The position numbers and the translations under genes were made by a program. Below, one piece after another: positions 1 to 9,851 of a DNA stretch of 64,000 nucleotides (position 1 is the stretch's first letter; each line of letters begins with the position of its first letter). The notes beneath the pieces were generated by a model, which was not told the origin of the DNA, searched no databases, and saw only the letters and a list, made by a program, of their open reading frames with translations. Origin of the DNA: an uncultured bacterium (lineage in GTDB: Bacteria; Verrucomicrobiota; Verrucomicrobiia; Limisphaerales; UBA8199); NCBI GenBank assembly GCA_963749495.1, contig CAVVMW010000023.1, positions 352,001 through 416,000 on the forward strand, read 5' to 3'.

Positions 1-2
1 CC

Positions 3-251
3 TTCTACAAGGGCCTCATCCAACTGGCCGGCGCCTTCGTCCACCTCCAGAAAGACCGGCTCCGGCCCGCAGCCGCCCTGTTCCGGCTGGCCGGGGCCAA
101 TCTCCAGAAATGTCCGCGCACACTGGACCTGTTGGATGTCGAGGCGGTGAAATGCGCGATTGCGCGATGGCTGCGCGAGCTGGAGGCCGGGGCATTCACG
201 ACCAACCCGCTGGCCGCAACCCAACCGCCCCAGTTGCATTTGCAGGGGTAG
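3..251 (+). CDS. DUF309-family protein, C-terminal part (5' end outside window)
   Basis: Frame 3 reads FYKGLIQLAGAFVHLQKDRLRPAAALFRLA...LQG* (TAG 249-251); GLIQLA..H is typical of DUF309. Confidence 0.75.
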   Translation, partial: FYKGLIQLAGAFVHLQKDRLRPAAALFRLAGANLQKCPRTLDLLDVEAVKCAIARWLRELEAGAFTTNPLAATQPPQLHLQG

Positions 252-253
252 CA

Positions 254-366
254 GATAGAGCCTGTCCAAAAAGCTCTGATTCCGTACCTTTGTCGCAGCG
301 TTTGTCGGCACCTTTGTCGAGAAATCGCCAATCCGACAAAGGTCTCGACAAAGGCTGCGACGAAGG
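254..366. repeat. Palindromic repeat with (CCTTTGTCG)n / (CGACAAAGG)n arms, copy 1
   Basis: Near-identical to 61766-61898; lies between convergent genes. Confidence 0.85.
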
Positions 367-401
367 CCCCCGCTCGCGGGGTTCTTGGGGCAGGCTCTAG
401 C

Positions 402-1037
402 TTAGCCTTCCGGGTTGTCCAGAAGGTTCTGCAGCCGGGCGCGCATCGCCGGGGGCAGGCGGGGACACCATGAGGCGTCCACCAGGCCGACATCAATCAT
501 ATCGCGCAGGTGGGTGCGGTCTTTGTCCCGGAACGAAGTCAGTTTCATTCGGACCAGAGCTTCCAGCGTCACGATTCGGAAGGATTCGGTGGCCTCGGAC
601 TCATCCACGTCGGGCGAGGGCGCGATGGAGTCCGGCTGGACTTTCTCTCCGGCAAAGACCACGTGGACGGCGTCACGCGCGCGCGCCTGGGGCCCATCCA
701 GGAACATGTCCAAGCCCGCCACGTGGCGGTGCACAAAGCCCGCGCGCGCCATCGCCTCCTTGGCCGCGGGCAGGTCCGCTCGGCGCAACAGGAGGTCCAC
801 GTCCCGGGTATTGCGCACCGCGGCCTCTTCCACGCGCGAGACCCACGCCGCCACGGCATTGCCGCCAACCACGGCGTACGGCACCCGCGCCGCCTCAAGA
901 GCGGCGACCGCTCTGCGCAACCGTTCACGCACCTTCTCCACCGCTCGGATCATCCTCTCCCAGGAAACCGGCCCATAGGGCGGCGCCGTTCCCGGCTTGC
1001 AGGCAAGCGCCGCGGCTGCCTTTGGGTTCGCCGACAT
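402..1037 (-). CDS. Nucleotidyltransferase-family protein
   Basis: PYAVVGGNAV...RNTRDVDLL and MKLTSFRDKD motifs; start chosen at ATG 1037 behind a TGGACT-17-TAGCGT promoter-like sequence. Confidence 0.8.
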   Translation of the reverse strand: MSANPKAAAALACKPGTAPPYGPVSWERMIRAVEKVRERLRRAVAALEAARVPYAVVGGNAVAAWVSRVEEAAVRNTRDVDLLLRRADLPAAKEAMARAGFVHRHVAGLDMFLDGPQARARDAVHVVFAGEKVQPDSIAPSPDVDESEATESFRIVTLEALVRMKLTSFRDKDRTHLRDMIDVGLVDASWCPRLPPAMRARLQNLLDNPEG

Positions 1038-1104
1038 GCCCGCTACGCTAACAGAGCCGCCTTGCCAAGTCCACCCTGGCCCTAAGGGGTCAACGACAAT
1101 CTCA

Positions 1105-1203
1105 TTTACTGATCCCTTTCCGCCTGCCAGCATGGGGCCGCGATGAACGGGACCCAAGACCAATTCTCCCTTACCCGCGCGGCGCCCAAAAGCAGTTTCC
1201 TAT
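1105..1203 (+). repeat. Orphan IS91-like terminal segment with promoter-like sequence
   Basis: About 55 bp similar to 11030-11150 (minus strand); both end in AAAAGCA-N-TTCYT. Confidence 0.5.
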
Positions 1204-2313
1204 GAGCTCCAATCATGAACGTGGGCATGGGTTCTTGGCCGGGCTTTGGCTGCCATTCGTTTGGCTTCTGGTGGGATGCGCTGCCCCGCGAATGGAATTC
1301 GTCCGCGTCGCCCCCGACAACAAGAGCTTCATCCTCGCCCATTCCAACAAGCCCTTTATCCCCTGGGGCCATAATTATGGAGTTAACGAGCCGGGGCAGA
1401 GCGGCAAAATGGACTGGCCCCGCATTTCCCGCGACTTCGACAACTTCCACAAAATGCGCGCCAACGTCGCCCGGGTCCACCTGCAGGTTCCCCACTACAT
1501 GGATGGTCCCGACAAACCCAACGCGGGGGCCTTGGCGGAACTTTCCCAACTGCTCAAGCTGGCCGAGGAGAAGGGCATTTACCTCGACATCACAGGGCTG
1601 GCATCCTACCATATCAAGCATCGGGCACCCTGGTACGATGCGCTGGCCGATAAAGACCGCTGGGCCGCCTAGGCGTGCTTCTGGGAAGCCGTGTCCGAGA
1701 CCTGCGCCAAGAGCCCCGCCGTTTTCTGCTATGACCTGGTCAACAAACCGGTCGCCGGCGGCAAGCGCAAAGACGGCTGGTATGCCGGGCGGATGGGCGA
1801 TTACGAGTTCGTCCAGAGCCTGAGCCTCGATCAGGGCGACCGTCCCCAGCCTGAGATCGCCAAAGAATGGACGCACATCATGGTCTGCGCCATCCACAAA
1901 CACGACCAGGTTCACCCCATCACCATCGGCATGCTTCCGGCCTGGGCCCTCCGCCCAAAGTCGTAGGGCCGGAACTCGATTTCATCGCCGTCCACATCTA
2001 TCCGAGCAGCGGGAAAGTCGCCGACGCCCTCACCAATCTCAAGCAATTCGACATCGGCAAACCGATCGTGGTCGAGGAAACCTTTCCCCTGAGCTGCGGG
2101 GTGAGCGACGAACGCGATTTTCTCCTGCAATCCCGGGGCATCGCCGCCGGCTGGATTGGGCAATACCCCGACGAAACCCCCGATCAACTCCTCGCCCTGC
2201 AACGCTCCGGCAAGATCACCCCCGCCCAGGCCGCCTATCTCGCCTGGATCGAACTCTTCCGCCAGCTCGGCCCCCAGATGCTCCGCCCGGGAAGCTCGAC
2301 CGGCCAGAAATGA
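1202..2313 (+). pseudogene. GH5 (cellulase-family) lipoprotein, disrupted
   Basis: PFIPWGHNY, YDLVN(K)P, HIYP and VVEETF motifs; in-frame TAG at 1670-1672, NEP to NKP at 1742-1750, frameshift near 1947. Confidence 0.75.
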
Positions 2314-2414
2314 ATTACGCACTTATTCAGGGCCAGAGGATGACGATCGGTCGGTTTGCGCTCTTCACCCAATATTCAATGCCCCGGGGAGCGATACAAA
2401 TCACGCCAAAACGT

Positions 2415-2680
2415 TCACGCGGCTGCTTCAACATCCTCCGCCAGACGGCCGGCTCGATCCAACAGCGCGCGGCGGGCAAGCCGCACGGCCTCGGCGACCG
2501 CCTCCTTGGTTATCTTGCCGTCTCCCCAGCGGTAGCAGATGAAGTCCCACGCAAGCCCGTGCTCCACGTCGGCCAATACGTCAGCAACCGTCACTCGCGT
2601 GCCCTTGAAGGTCGGTCTTCCTCGGCAGATCCTGGGGTCAGCAACGATAAATTGGCCAAGGTCCGCCGCGTTGTTTTCAT
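2415..2680 (-). CDS. DUF433-family protein (putative antitoxin)
   Basis: IVADPRICRGRPTFKGTRVTVADVL; likely ATG at 2680 is out of frame with the body of the gene (probable indel near 2665). Confidence 0.8.
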
Positions 2681-2686
2681 GCGTCC

Positions 2687-2716
2687 AGTATGCCACGATG
2701 CCTTCGGCTCTGTCAA
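2687..2716 (-). promoter_or_regulatory. Sigma70-like promoter for a leaderless DUF433 mRNA
   Basis: TTGACA-18 nt-CATACT, then 6 nt to ATG. Confidence 0.55.
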
Positions 2717-2737
2717 AACCATCGTCGCCAACACAGT

Positions 2738-2827
2738 TCAGCCTTCCGGGTTGTCCAGAATGTTCTGAAGCCGGGCGCGCATCGCCGGGGGCAGGCGGGG
2801 GCACCATGAGGCGTCCACCAGGCCGAC
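2738..2827 (-). repeat. Duplicated 3' end of the nucleotidyltransferase gene (402-491)
   Basis: 90 bp direct repeat with about 4 mismatches; encodes VGLVDASWCPRLPPAMRARLQNILDNPEG*. Confidence 0.9.
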
Positions 2828-2947
2828 CTAAATCAGCGCGCCAACCGGCCCACCCGGGTAGGCGGAGCTACGTTTATGACGATCTCAATGACCCCTTTCG
2901 GTCGATCCTCCCCCTCCAGTCACCCACAAGTTCCTTGGAGGCTGCTC

Positions 2948-3598
2948 CTAACTCTGCCATTGCTTTTCCCTCCTCAATTTCCTGTTCTTGAGAAAGTAGT
3001 CCAGGTCTTGAAGCCACTGCTCAGTCTTCGCTGTCGTCTTAAGGGCATTGTTCTTGATGAAATTCTCCAGCTTCGTCTTGTCCCAGCCATCCATCTTTCC
3101 GTCATCGAGTCCTTGGAACAGCGCCTCCTTTCCAGGGTTTGCGTCCAGCAGGCCGTGAAGTACCCTTCGCGCGTGGTCAGAAGATACACGGTGGTAAATC
3201 GTGGCACACGCCTCCGCTATTTCTTCGTCGGAGGCACCAAGTTTTTTCAACGTGTTCGCGATTTTTTCGACTCGCTCCAACTTGTACTTCAGTGGGATAT
3301 ACTGCGTCATTCTACCGGAAACCGCCAATTCGTCCACAATTGGGCTGGTCAGAGACAGACCCAATTCCTTGAGCTGCTCGATGGCAGCGTACGCCTCGTT
3401 TACTGCCGACTTCAGCTCCGCCTCTATACCGGCTCCCTTGAAGCGTGAAAACTTGTCGATATTTGCAAAACAGAGTGCCAGGCCGATTGCGCTTGCGACT
3501 ACTGCCATCTCTTTTGCCCCTCGGAAGATACCGAGAAGAACGGGAACAATCACCAACGCAACGATCAGGGTTTTGGTCATGTCGTTCATGTTCGGCAC
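2948..3598 (-). CDS. Hypothetical membrane-anchored protein
   Basis: 216 aa ORF with two N-terminal hydrophobic helices; lower GC than neighbours. Confidence 0.7.
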   Translation of the reverse strand: MPNMNDMTKTLIVALVIVPVLLGIFRGAKEMAVVASAIGLALCFANIDKFSRFKGAGIEAELKSAVNEAYAAIEQLKELGLSLTSPIVDELAVSGRMTQYIPLKYKLERVEKIANTLKKLGASDEEIAEACATIYHRVSSDHARRVLHGLLDANPGKEALFQGLDDGKMDGWDKTKLENFIKNNALKTTAKTEQWLQDLDYFLKNRKLRREKQWQS

Positions 3599-3871
3599 CT
3601 TATCACCGGGGGAACCCGCCTCGGTTACAAACTGAGATCATGTTCGGAATGGAGGTCGGCGTGGCGGAGGGGGACGCGGTGGCTCAAACTCGTCCGCAAA
3701 CACGCCGCCGTGACCTCCTGGGAGTCGCCCCTGATGGCCTGTCCGCCTTCAGGTCGTTGGACACGGGAATACGGTCAACCCATAGCATGGTCCGCCCCGT
3801 CCTGGAACCACACCAAGCCGAATCAATCTCGTTGACTCGCCCCCTTTCCGAGAGGAGAGGCGAGATATTGA

Positions 3872-4213
3872 TCATGGCGGGGGAAGAATTCTCTCAATTT
3901 CGACAACGAGTGCGGGCAAATGGCGTTGGGCCACGTCCCAGACAGTCTCCTGGTCCATGGCGTTATAGCCGTGGATCAGACGATTCCGGAAACCGATAAT
4001 GCGCGGCGCCTCGGGAAATTGCGCGAACGTCTCCGCGTCCGTCTCACGCAAGCGCACAAACGCTTCGCCCAAGACCTCAAACTGCCGCTCGACCGCGGAA
4101 CGGGTCCGCAGGTCTGCCAGATATTCGGCAAAGCTCATGCCGTGGACAAATCCCTGGATAGCCCGGCCCGCTTGCAGGATGTCAAACAGGAGCTTGTGCG
4201 TCGCTTCGGTCAT
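3872..4213 (-). CDS. HepT-like HEPN RNase toxin (DUF86)
   Basis: AVERQFEVLGEA and RNRLIHGY (R-X4-H-X-Y) motifs. Confidence 0.9.
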   Translation of the reverse strand: MTEATHKLLFDILQAGRAIQGFVHGMSFAEYLADLRTRSAVERQFEVLGEAFVRLRETDAETFAQFPEAPRIIGFRNRLIHGYNAMDQETVWDVAQRHLPALVVEIERILPPP

Positions 4214-4529
4214 AAATTGGTACGCGCGTTGCGTCCACCGTCTTTCGGAAATACGGATTGCGAATGGACCGTTCTGTAACCAGATCCACTGGCCTGCCAA
4301 AGACCCGTTCCAACCCCTCGGCCAGGTCCATATAAGCATCAAAGACGCCTCCTTCTGGAAACTGACCGAAAATGACGAGGAAATCCAGGTCGCTCACTTC
4401 CGGTCGAAATCTGTCCGAGGCGGCGGAGCCGAAGAGATAGAGAGTAACCACGTTGGCGCGGCGGCAGAGCGAATCGATCTGTTCGCGCTTTGCTTCGAAC
4501 TCTGATGCGATAGCGGGGTTAAGCCGCAT
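4182..4529 (-). CDS. MntA-like minimal nucleotidyltransferase antitoxin
   Basis: LFGSA...SDLDFLV and RPVDLV motifs; overlaps the HEPN gene. Confidence 0.9.
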   Translation of the reverse strand: MRLNPAIASEFEAKREQIDSLCRRANVVTLYLFGSAASDRFRPEVSDLDFLVIFGQFPEGGVFDAYMDLAEGLERVFGRPVDLVTERSIRNPYFRKTVDATRVPIYDRSDAQAPV

Positions 4530-4624
4530 ATTCGGGAGCTTTTCGGGCGCCGGCGCGGCCGTTGGCCGCGCCAGGCAACATTTCATGGCACACTAGCCTC
4601 GATGGACCGTGCTCATCAAGCAAG

Positions 4625-7600
4625 TCAGAACCTGACCGTGGCGGTCTGGGCGGGTTGTATCGTGACGGGTCCGAGGAGGCCGGACTCGACCAGGGGGTCG
4701 TTCTTTTTCCACAGGCGCCAACTGGTGAAGGTGAAGCGGCCGGTGGGGCTGGGCTTGCCTTGGGCGAGCCACTGCGGCCACGACTTGAGCGTGCCCTCGG
4801 GGTTGCGGTCGCTGTCCTCGGGGAGTTGTTCGTCGCCGATCTGGCGGTTGATCCAGAGATTGACGACCTTGATTTCGAGGGCGTTTTCGCCGGGCCTGGC
4901 AGCGTCGGTGATGTCCACCCGGAACGGGGGTTTCCACAGGATGCCAAGGGAGCGGCCGTTCAACGTCACTTCCGCCATGACGGCGACCTTGCCCAGGTCC
5001 AGGCAGAGGCGGCGTTGAGCGCCAAGCAGGCCCGCCGGAACCTCGAACTTCTTGCTGTAGGCGGCGGTGCCTGAAAAGTACTTCACGCCCGGCTCGCTGT
5101 GTTCGCTCCAGGAGATCAAATGGTCGAGCGTCACGCGCTCGGGAGCCCCCCAATTCGGGGGGAAACGGAGATCCCAGGGTCCCTGGATCTCGATTGGGGC
5201 GGGCAGAGCGGCGATGTCGAGGTTGCACGTCTTTCCGCCGGCGCTCTTGAGCGCATAGGCCCCTGGGGCCGAGACCACCGCTTCGATTGCCCCACTCCGA
5301 TTCCGCGCCAGGCAAATGGCTTGCGCGGGCTGCGCGGCCGCGCCCTTGGCAGCGCCGGGGCCCGGACCAGCAGCGGTGTCGAGCACGACCTGGCCGTCGC
5401 GCGTCACGGAGACAACGCGGTCGGACTCCGGCTTGCCTTTGCGGAAGATGACAAAGACCGAACCGTAAGGGTCCAGTCGAAGGGGAACGCGGGTGACGCC
5501 TCCCGCTGTGTCATAGACTGCCGCCCGCTCGATGCGGCCCGTGTCGGGCCACCAGAATTCCGGGCGCCGGCCGCTCACGCGGAACGAGCAGAGGGCCTCT
5601 TCGGGCTGGAGATTCTTGTTGGCCACGAAATAGACGTCCTCGCCCTCGATGGTGCGATGGATATAGCGCAGGCTGTCGGGGGCGTAGCGGGTGCTGCAAC
5701 TGAAATCGGGCGGCACGCCATGTTGCTCGAGCAACCGGCAGAGCAGAGCGGCATCGGGAATCGGGTCCGGGCCGGTGCCCGCTGCAGTGACATCGCCCCA
5801 GGGCGCCATGCCCAGCGGCCCCAGTTCCATGGCCGCGGACCAAGGGCCGGCCACCGACGCGGCCGTTTGGCTCAGCCAATCGGCCGGCACCGTCTGCGCC
5901 GCTTCCCAGTGGGCGTCGGTAGGCACCTCGACCAGATGGCCGGCGCCGTAATCGATGCGCAGCAGCGCGATCAGGCCGGCCGGATTCGGAGCGCTGCCCC
6001 CGTTGACGGCCTCGACGGAGATTACGTTTGTCCCGGGCTTGAGGAGCGAAGTGACATTCATCCGATACGTACGGCTGAAGTTGTCGCCGGCCCCCGCGGG
6101 CCGGCCGTTGATCCAGCACTCGAAGGAATTGTCGGCGGTCATGGCCAGGGTGGCGGAGGCGACGCGGCTGGCGTCGTCGAAGGCCAGGGCGCGGCGGAAG
6201 TAGCGTTTGCCGGGCGGGACTGCGGCGGCGGGATTGCCCTCTTTGAACCAGATCCATTGCGCGGCGCCCAGGGGCCGCTCGGCGGGCCCCGGGACGGGGG
6301 ATTGGCGCCGGAACTCTCCGCCCCAGAGCAACCGGCCCTTGCCGAAGGGACGCTCGGTGACCTCTGCCGGGGAGTCGCCGGTGCCCCAGAGTTCGTCCGC
6401 CAGGGCCTTGACCTGCTGGTCACATTTGGGGTAGCCGCTCAGGCTGGGGGACTTGAAGGGCGGGGCGCCGACCACTGTGGCGCCTGCGGCAACCAGGTCC
6501 TTGATCTTGCCCAGCAGCCGCGGGGTCATGGCGCCCGCCTGCGGCAGCACCAGCCAGCGGTAGCTCATCCCATCGGGCAGCACCAAGCGGCCATCGCGGA
6601 CGGCCATGCGCGTGAGCAGGGCCTCCGGCGGGCAGCCGTCGAAGTTGTAGCCCGGGCGGTCGTAACCGGACTTGACCGGGGACTTGAAGCGTTGCGGGGA
6701 GGCCTCCGGTTCGAGGAAACAGAGGTCGGCCACGAAGCGCCCTTGCTGGAGCAGGAATTGGCAGCGGGCCAGGTACTGGTGCCAGGCGCGCGATTGCTCC
6801 CACCAGGTCTGCGTGCGCTCATAGTGCAGGCCCCAGGGTCCCATCGACATGCCGGGCCGCGCATCGGTCCATGGCTGGAGGGCGTAACGGTGAAAGACGA
6901 ACCGGTTGATGCCCTCGCAGAAGGCCCAATCGCCAAGGTCCTTGATATAAGCCGGGTGCCCCTGCCACTTCTCGGCGTCGGTAGCCGTGAAGGCCTCCGC
7001 GCCCAAGATGCGTTTGCCATAGACATGCGCCGCGCTGGCCATCTCGGTGCAACTGTAAGCGGCGCCGAATTTGGTCCAGGACCAAAACTCGGCCATCGGC
7101 TCGTCGGCGCGCCCCGCGTAAGTCATGTCGTCGGCCGGTTCGCCGTCATAGGCCTCGATCGAGAGCCGGATGCCGTGCCGGCGCGCCATCTGCTGGAAGC
7201 GCCCGGCATAATTCTCGACCAGCAAATCATTGACCGTCATGCGCACGTCCCAAAGGAACCGTTCGGACACCTCGAGGCTCTCGACCACATGGCCCGCCAT
7301 GACCGGCAGGTACGGAAACGGGTCGTAGCCCCGGAGCCGCTGGAACTGCTCCCGGAACTTCGGGGTCCAGTTCTGCGAACCGACCTCCCAGCTATCAATG
7401 TGGGTCGAGACCAGCGTCTTGGCCTCGCCGACCAGGCCTTTGGAATCCTCGATGACCTTCTGCATCAGCCCCGCGAAGGCCGCCTCGGCCGCCTCGGCAC
7501 TGAGCTTGTCGCACTCCAGGCCGCGCCCGGCGATGGGCGCCGGGTGATTGTCCTTGCCGGTGGTGGTGTGGCCCAGGCGCAGGAGGGTCCAATTGCCCGC

Positions 7601-8332
7601 CGGCACCTCCCAGGCCAGGCGCCCGGCAGCGTCGAGCTGGCCGGTCAGGTCCACGATGCGCTCGCGCGGCACGATCGCCTCGGCAGGCAGGACCGGGTAG
7701 GCGCTTTGCAGCGGGATGGCCTCGGGCACGGCGGCGGATTTGCCGGCCAGCCTCGGGATGACATAATCGCTGGGCGGCGTGGGAAAGGCGAACACGGCGA
7801 TGTTGCCGTAGTAGTTACTGACCGTTTCAGGTTGCGGCAGCGCCCCCTCGAACCGTTTGGGGCCCGTGACTTTCGTCTCGGTCCAGACCACGCGCTGCAT
7901 GGAGAGTTCCGGGGTAATCCAGGGCCCGCCGCTGCCGCACCAGCCGGCGTCGTTGTTCATGTTCACCTCCAGGCCGAGGCGGTGCGCCTCGGCGCAGATG
8001 TGCTGGAAGAGGCCGCGCCAGAGAGGGCCGCCAAAGGCCGCCGGGCCCCGCGGCGCGCCCTGGTCGGTCTCCATGTAGAGCACGCCTCCGATGCCGGCGC
8101 GCGCCATGGCCTCGAGATCCAGCGTGATGCCGTTGCTGCTGATGTTGCCGTCCAGGGGAAACCAATAGACCCACGGCCGCGCCGAGGCCGGCGGCTGGAT
8201 GAAGCCGGACTCGAGTTTGTCGGCGGCGGCAGCCACCGAGGCCGCGGCGAGCGCGGCGGCAAGGACCAGGAGGATGCCGGGGCGAGGGGCGAGGGGCGAG
8301 GGGCGCAAGGCCAGGGGCGGTGATGAATTCAT
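4625..8332 (-). CDS. GH106-like alpha-L-rhamnosidase / glycosyl hydrolase
   Basis: Signal peptide; ARPWVYWF, GWCGSGGPWI, HIDSWE, PMAEFW and AEAFT motifs; C-terminal ESGLLGPV. Confidence 0.85.
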   Translation of the reverse strand: MNSSPPLALRPSPLAPRPGILLVLAAALAAASVAAAADKLESGFIQPPASARPWVYWFPLDGNISSNGITLDLEAMARAGIGGVLYMETDQGAPRGPAAFGGPLWRGLFQHICAEAHRLGLEVNMNNDAGWCGSGGPWITPELSMQRVVWTETKVTGPKRFEGALPQPETVSNYYGNIAVFAFPTPPSDYVIPRLAGKSAAVPEAIPLQSAYPVLPAEAIVPRERIVDLTGQLDAAGRLAWEVPAGNWTLLRLGHTTTGKDNHPAPIAGRGLECDKLSAEAAEAAFAGLMQKVIEDSKGLVGEAKTLVSTHIDSWEVGSQNWTPKFREQFQRLRGYDPFPYLPVMAGHVVESLEVSERFLWDVRMTVNDLLVENYAGRFQQMARRHGIRLSIEAYDGEPADDMTYAGRADEPMAEFWSWTKFGAAYSCTEMASAAHVYGKRILGAEAFTATDAEKWQGHPAYIKDLGDWAFCEGINRFVFHRYALQPWTDARPGMSMGPWGLHYERTQTWWEQSRAWHQYLARCQFLLQQGRFVADLCFLEPEASPQRFKSPVKSGYDRPGYNFDGCPPEALLTRMAVRDGRLVLPDGMSYRWLVLPQAGAMTPRLLGKIKDLVAAGATVVGAPPFKSPSLSGYPKCDQQVKALADELWGTGDSPAEVTERPFGKGRLLWGGEFRRQSPVPGPAERPLGAAQWIWFKEGNPAAAVPPGKRYFRRALAFDDASRVASATLAMTADNSFECWINGRPAGAGDNFSRTYRMNVTSLLKPGTNVISVEAVNGGSAPNPAGLIALLRIDYGAGHLVEVPTDAHWEAAQTVPADWLSQTAASVAGPWSAAMELGPLGMAPWGDVTAAGTGPDPIPDAALLCRLLEQHGVPPDFSCSTRYAPDSLRYIHRTIEGEDVYFVANKNLQPEEALCSFRVSGRRPEFWWPDTGRIERAAVYDTAGGVTRVPLRLDPYGSVFVIFRKGKPESDRVVSVTRDGQVVLDTAAGPGPGAAKGAAAQPAQAICLARNRSGAIEAVVSAPGAYALKSAGGKTCNLDIAALPAPIEIQGPWDLRFPPNWGAPERVTLDHLISWSEHSEPGVKYFSGTAAYSKKFEVPAGLLGAQRRLCLDLGKVAVMAEVTLNGRSLGILWKPPFRVDITDAARPGENALEIKVVNLWINRQIGDEQLPEDSDRNPEGTLKSWPQWLAQGKPSPTGRFTFTSWRLWKKNDPLVESGLLGPVTIQPAQTATVRF

Positions 8333-8713
8333 GGTTAGGCGGCGCAGAGGGTTGGGTTGCATCCGATTCGGTTCACGCGCCGAAGTCTTACCAAAGGCCG
8401 TTCGCTGGTCAACTGTTACGTGGCGCTGATGTAGGTCGGGTGGTCAGCACGCCATGTTGAATTCCCGCCGAGGTGCCGACTTGGGAATGGATCGCTGCGC
8501 CGGGCCTGAGGCATGCCCCGAAGAAGGTGTGAAAAAATGCCAAAACGGACAACATCCCCGAAAACATCCCCCTGTTTTCCTCGGGATTTTGAAGATTTTT
8601 GCGGTCCTTGGCGCCAGAAATCGATTTTTCCACACCTTCGAAGGGCCATCCGAGAATGGCCCAAGGGTTCAACCTTGGGATCCGGCCGAGGACGGACCGA
8701 GTCCCGAACGGAC

Positions 8714-8890
8714 GGCGGAAATGACCTTCTCATCGGCCCTCCGGGCGCAGGCAAATCCATGCTGGCCAATCAATTGGCCACGATTCTGCCGCCGCTCACG
8801 CTCGAAGAGGCCCTGGAGACGACCAAAATTCACAGCATCGTTGGCCTGCTCGCGCCCGGCAAGGCGCTGGTGACCCAACGCCCCTTCAGA
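8714..8890 (+). pseudogene. comM: comM/YifB Mg-chelatase-like ATPase fragment (Walker A region)
   Basis: [44 protein letters not shown]...RPFR. Confidence 0.85.
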
Positions 8891-9041
8891 GGATCCCGGC
8901 ATCGGCCAGAAACCGATCCAAATCAAATGCCACGCCGAGGCGGGCGTCGGCGGGTCGCTTTCCCAGCCAGTCGTGGAACGGTTCGGATGGCGTGCTCAGC
9001 GGCATCAAGCCGGAAAGGATGAAGGATGAAGGATGAAGTGA

Positions 9042-9851
9042 TCATTGGGCGAGCACTCTTTTTAAGGCCGCCCACTCGGGGAGGAGGGCGATAGCGCCAT
9101 CAGGATGATTAAGCACCCAGTTTCTGAGGTGGTTCCTGAGGCGGCCAGGGGACTCGAAGCCGATTCTGCGGGCTATGTATGTCAGGAGGTCTTTTCCGGA
9201 AAACCAGACAAGGATGCTGGTGACATCCAAACAGGCAAGTCTGGTTCGGTAATGATCGAAACTCAGCCGGAGCGCCTCCTCGGCAAAAGCAGCAGCAACG
9301 GGTTGGATGAATTCCCGGGCCGAGGTGGAAATCCAGGTCCAGTTGGCCGGTTCGGATGTGTCCTGGGGCAGCGCAAACTCGCCCTGCAGGTTGGGCGGGT
9401 GGGTTTCCAATTGCCTCGAAGGCGGAAGCCTGGACCTGACTTGGCCGATGGCCCAGCGGGCCGCCTGATAATTTGCGAGTTCCTGTCCTGCTTCTAGGAG
9501 AAAACCCTCCAGTTCTGCCCTGGGCTTTTCCAGGGCTGTTGCTGCCAGGGCCGGTTCCAGGAGGTAGCACTCGATGCAGTGCCGGAACCAGCGCCAGCCT
9601 ACCAGGACACCGCTCCGGGGCGTGGTGATCGGCGTGGGCACGTGGGGTGCGGCTTCGCTCGGCTCGAAATCAAAGTCCCTATCACGGAGGAAGAAGATGG
9701 AATTGTTCTCGGTCTCCTCCCGCTCGCGCACCACGATCCCTTGGAGACCGTACTTGGTCCCGCGCTTTTCAACGGCCGGTCCTCCTCCTAAAATGACGGT
9801 CAAGAGTTCCTGGTCGAGCTCGCCCTCAACAAAGAGGAGATTCACAGGCAT
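9042..9851 (-). CDS. TOPRIM-like / DUF4435-like protein (AriB-like)
   Basis: LFVEGELD, LRDRDFD, HCIECYL and GKDLL motifs; start overlaps the ATPase stop. Confidence 0.65.
   Translation of the reverse strand: MPVNLLFVEGELDQELLTVILGGGPAVEKRGTKYGLQGIVVREREETENNSIFFLRDRDFDFEPSEAAPHVPTPITTPRSGVLVGWRWFRHCIECYLLEPALAATALEKPRAELEGFLLEAGQELANYQAARWAIGQVRSRLPPSRQLETHPPNLQGEFALPQDTSEPANWTWISTSAREFIQPVAAAFAEEALRLSFDHYRTRLACLDVTSILVWFSGKDLLTYIARRIGFESPGRLRNHLRNWVLNHPDGAIALLPEWAALKRVLAQ

Noticed and set aside
1670..1672. Amber readthrough or pyrrolysine in GH5
   Set aside because: Accompanied by a catalytic-residue change and a frameshift; TAG is a normal stop elsewhere; no pyl genes seen
5099..8323. 1074-aa plus-strand ORF and other long antisense ORFs (e.g. 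13378-14847, 24438-26246, 41723-43351)
   Set aside because: Shadow ORFs of GC-rich genes with clear family motifs on the other strand
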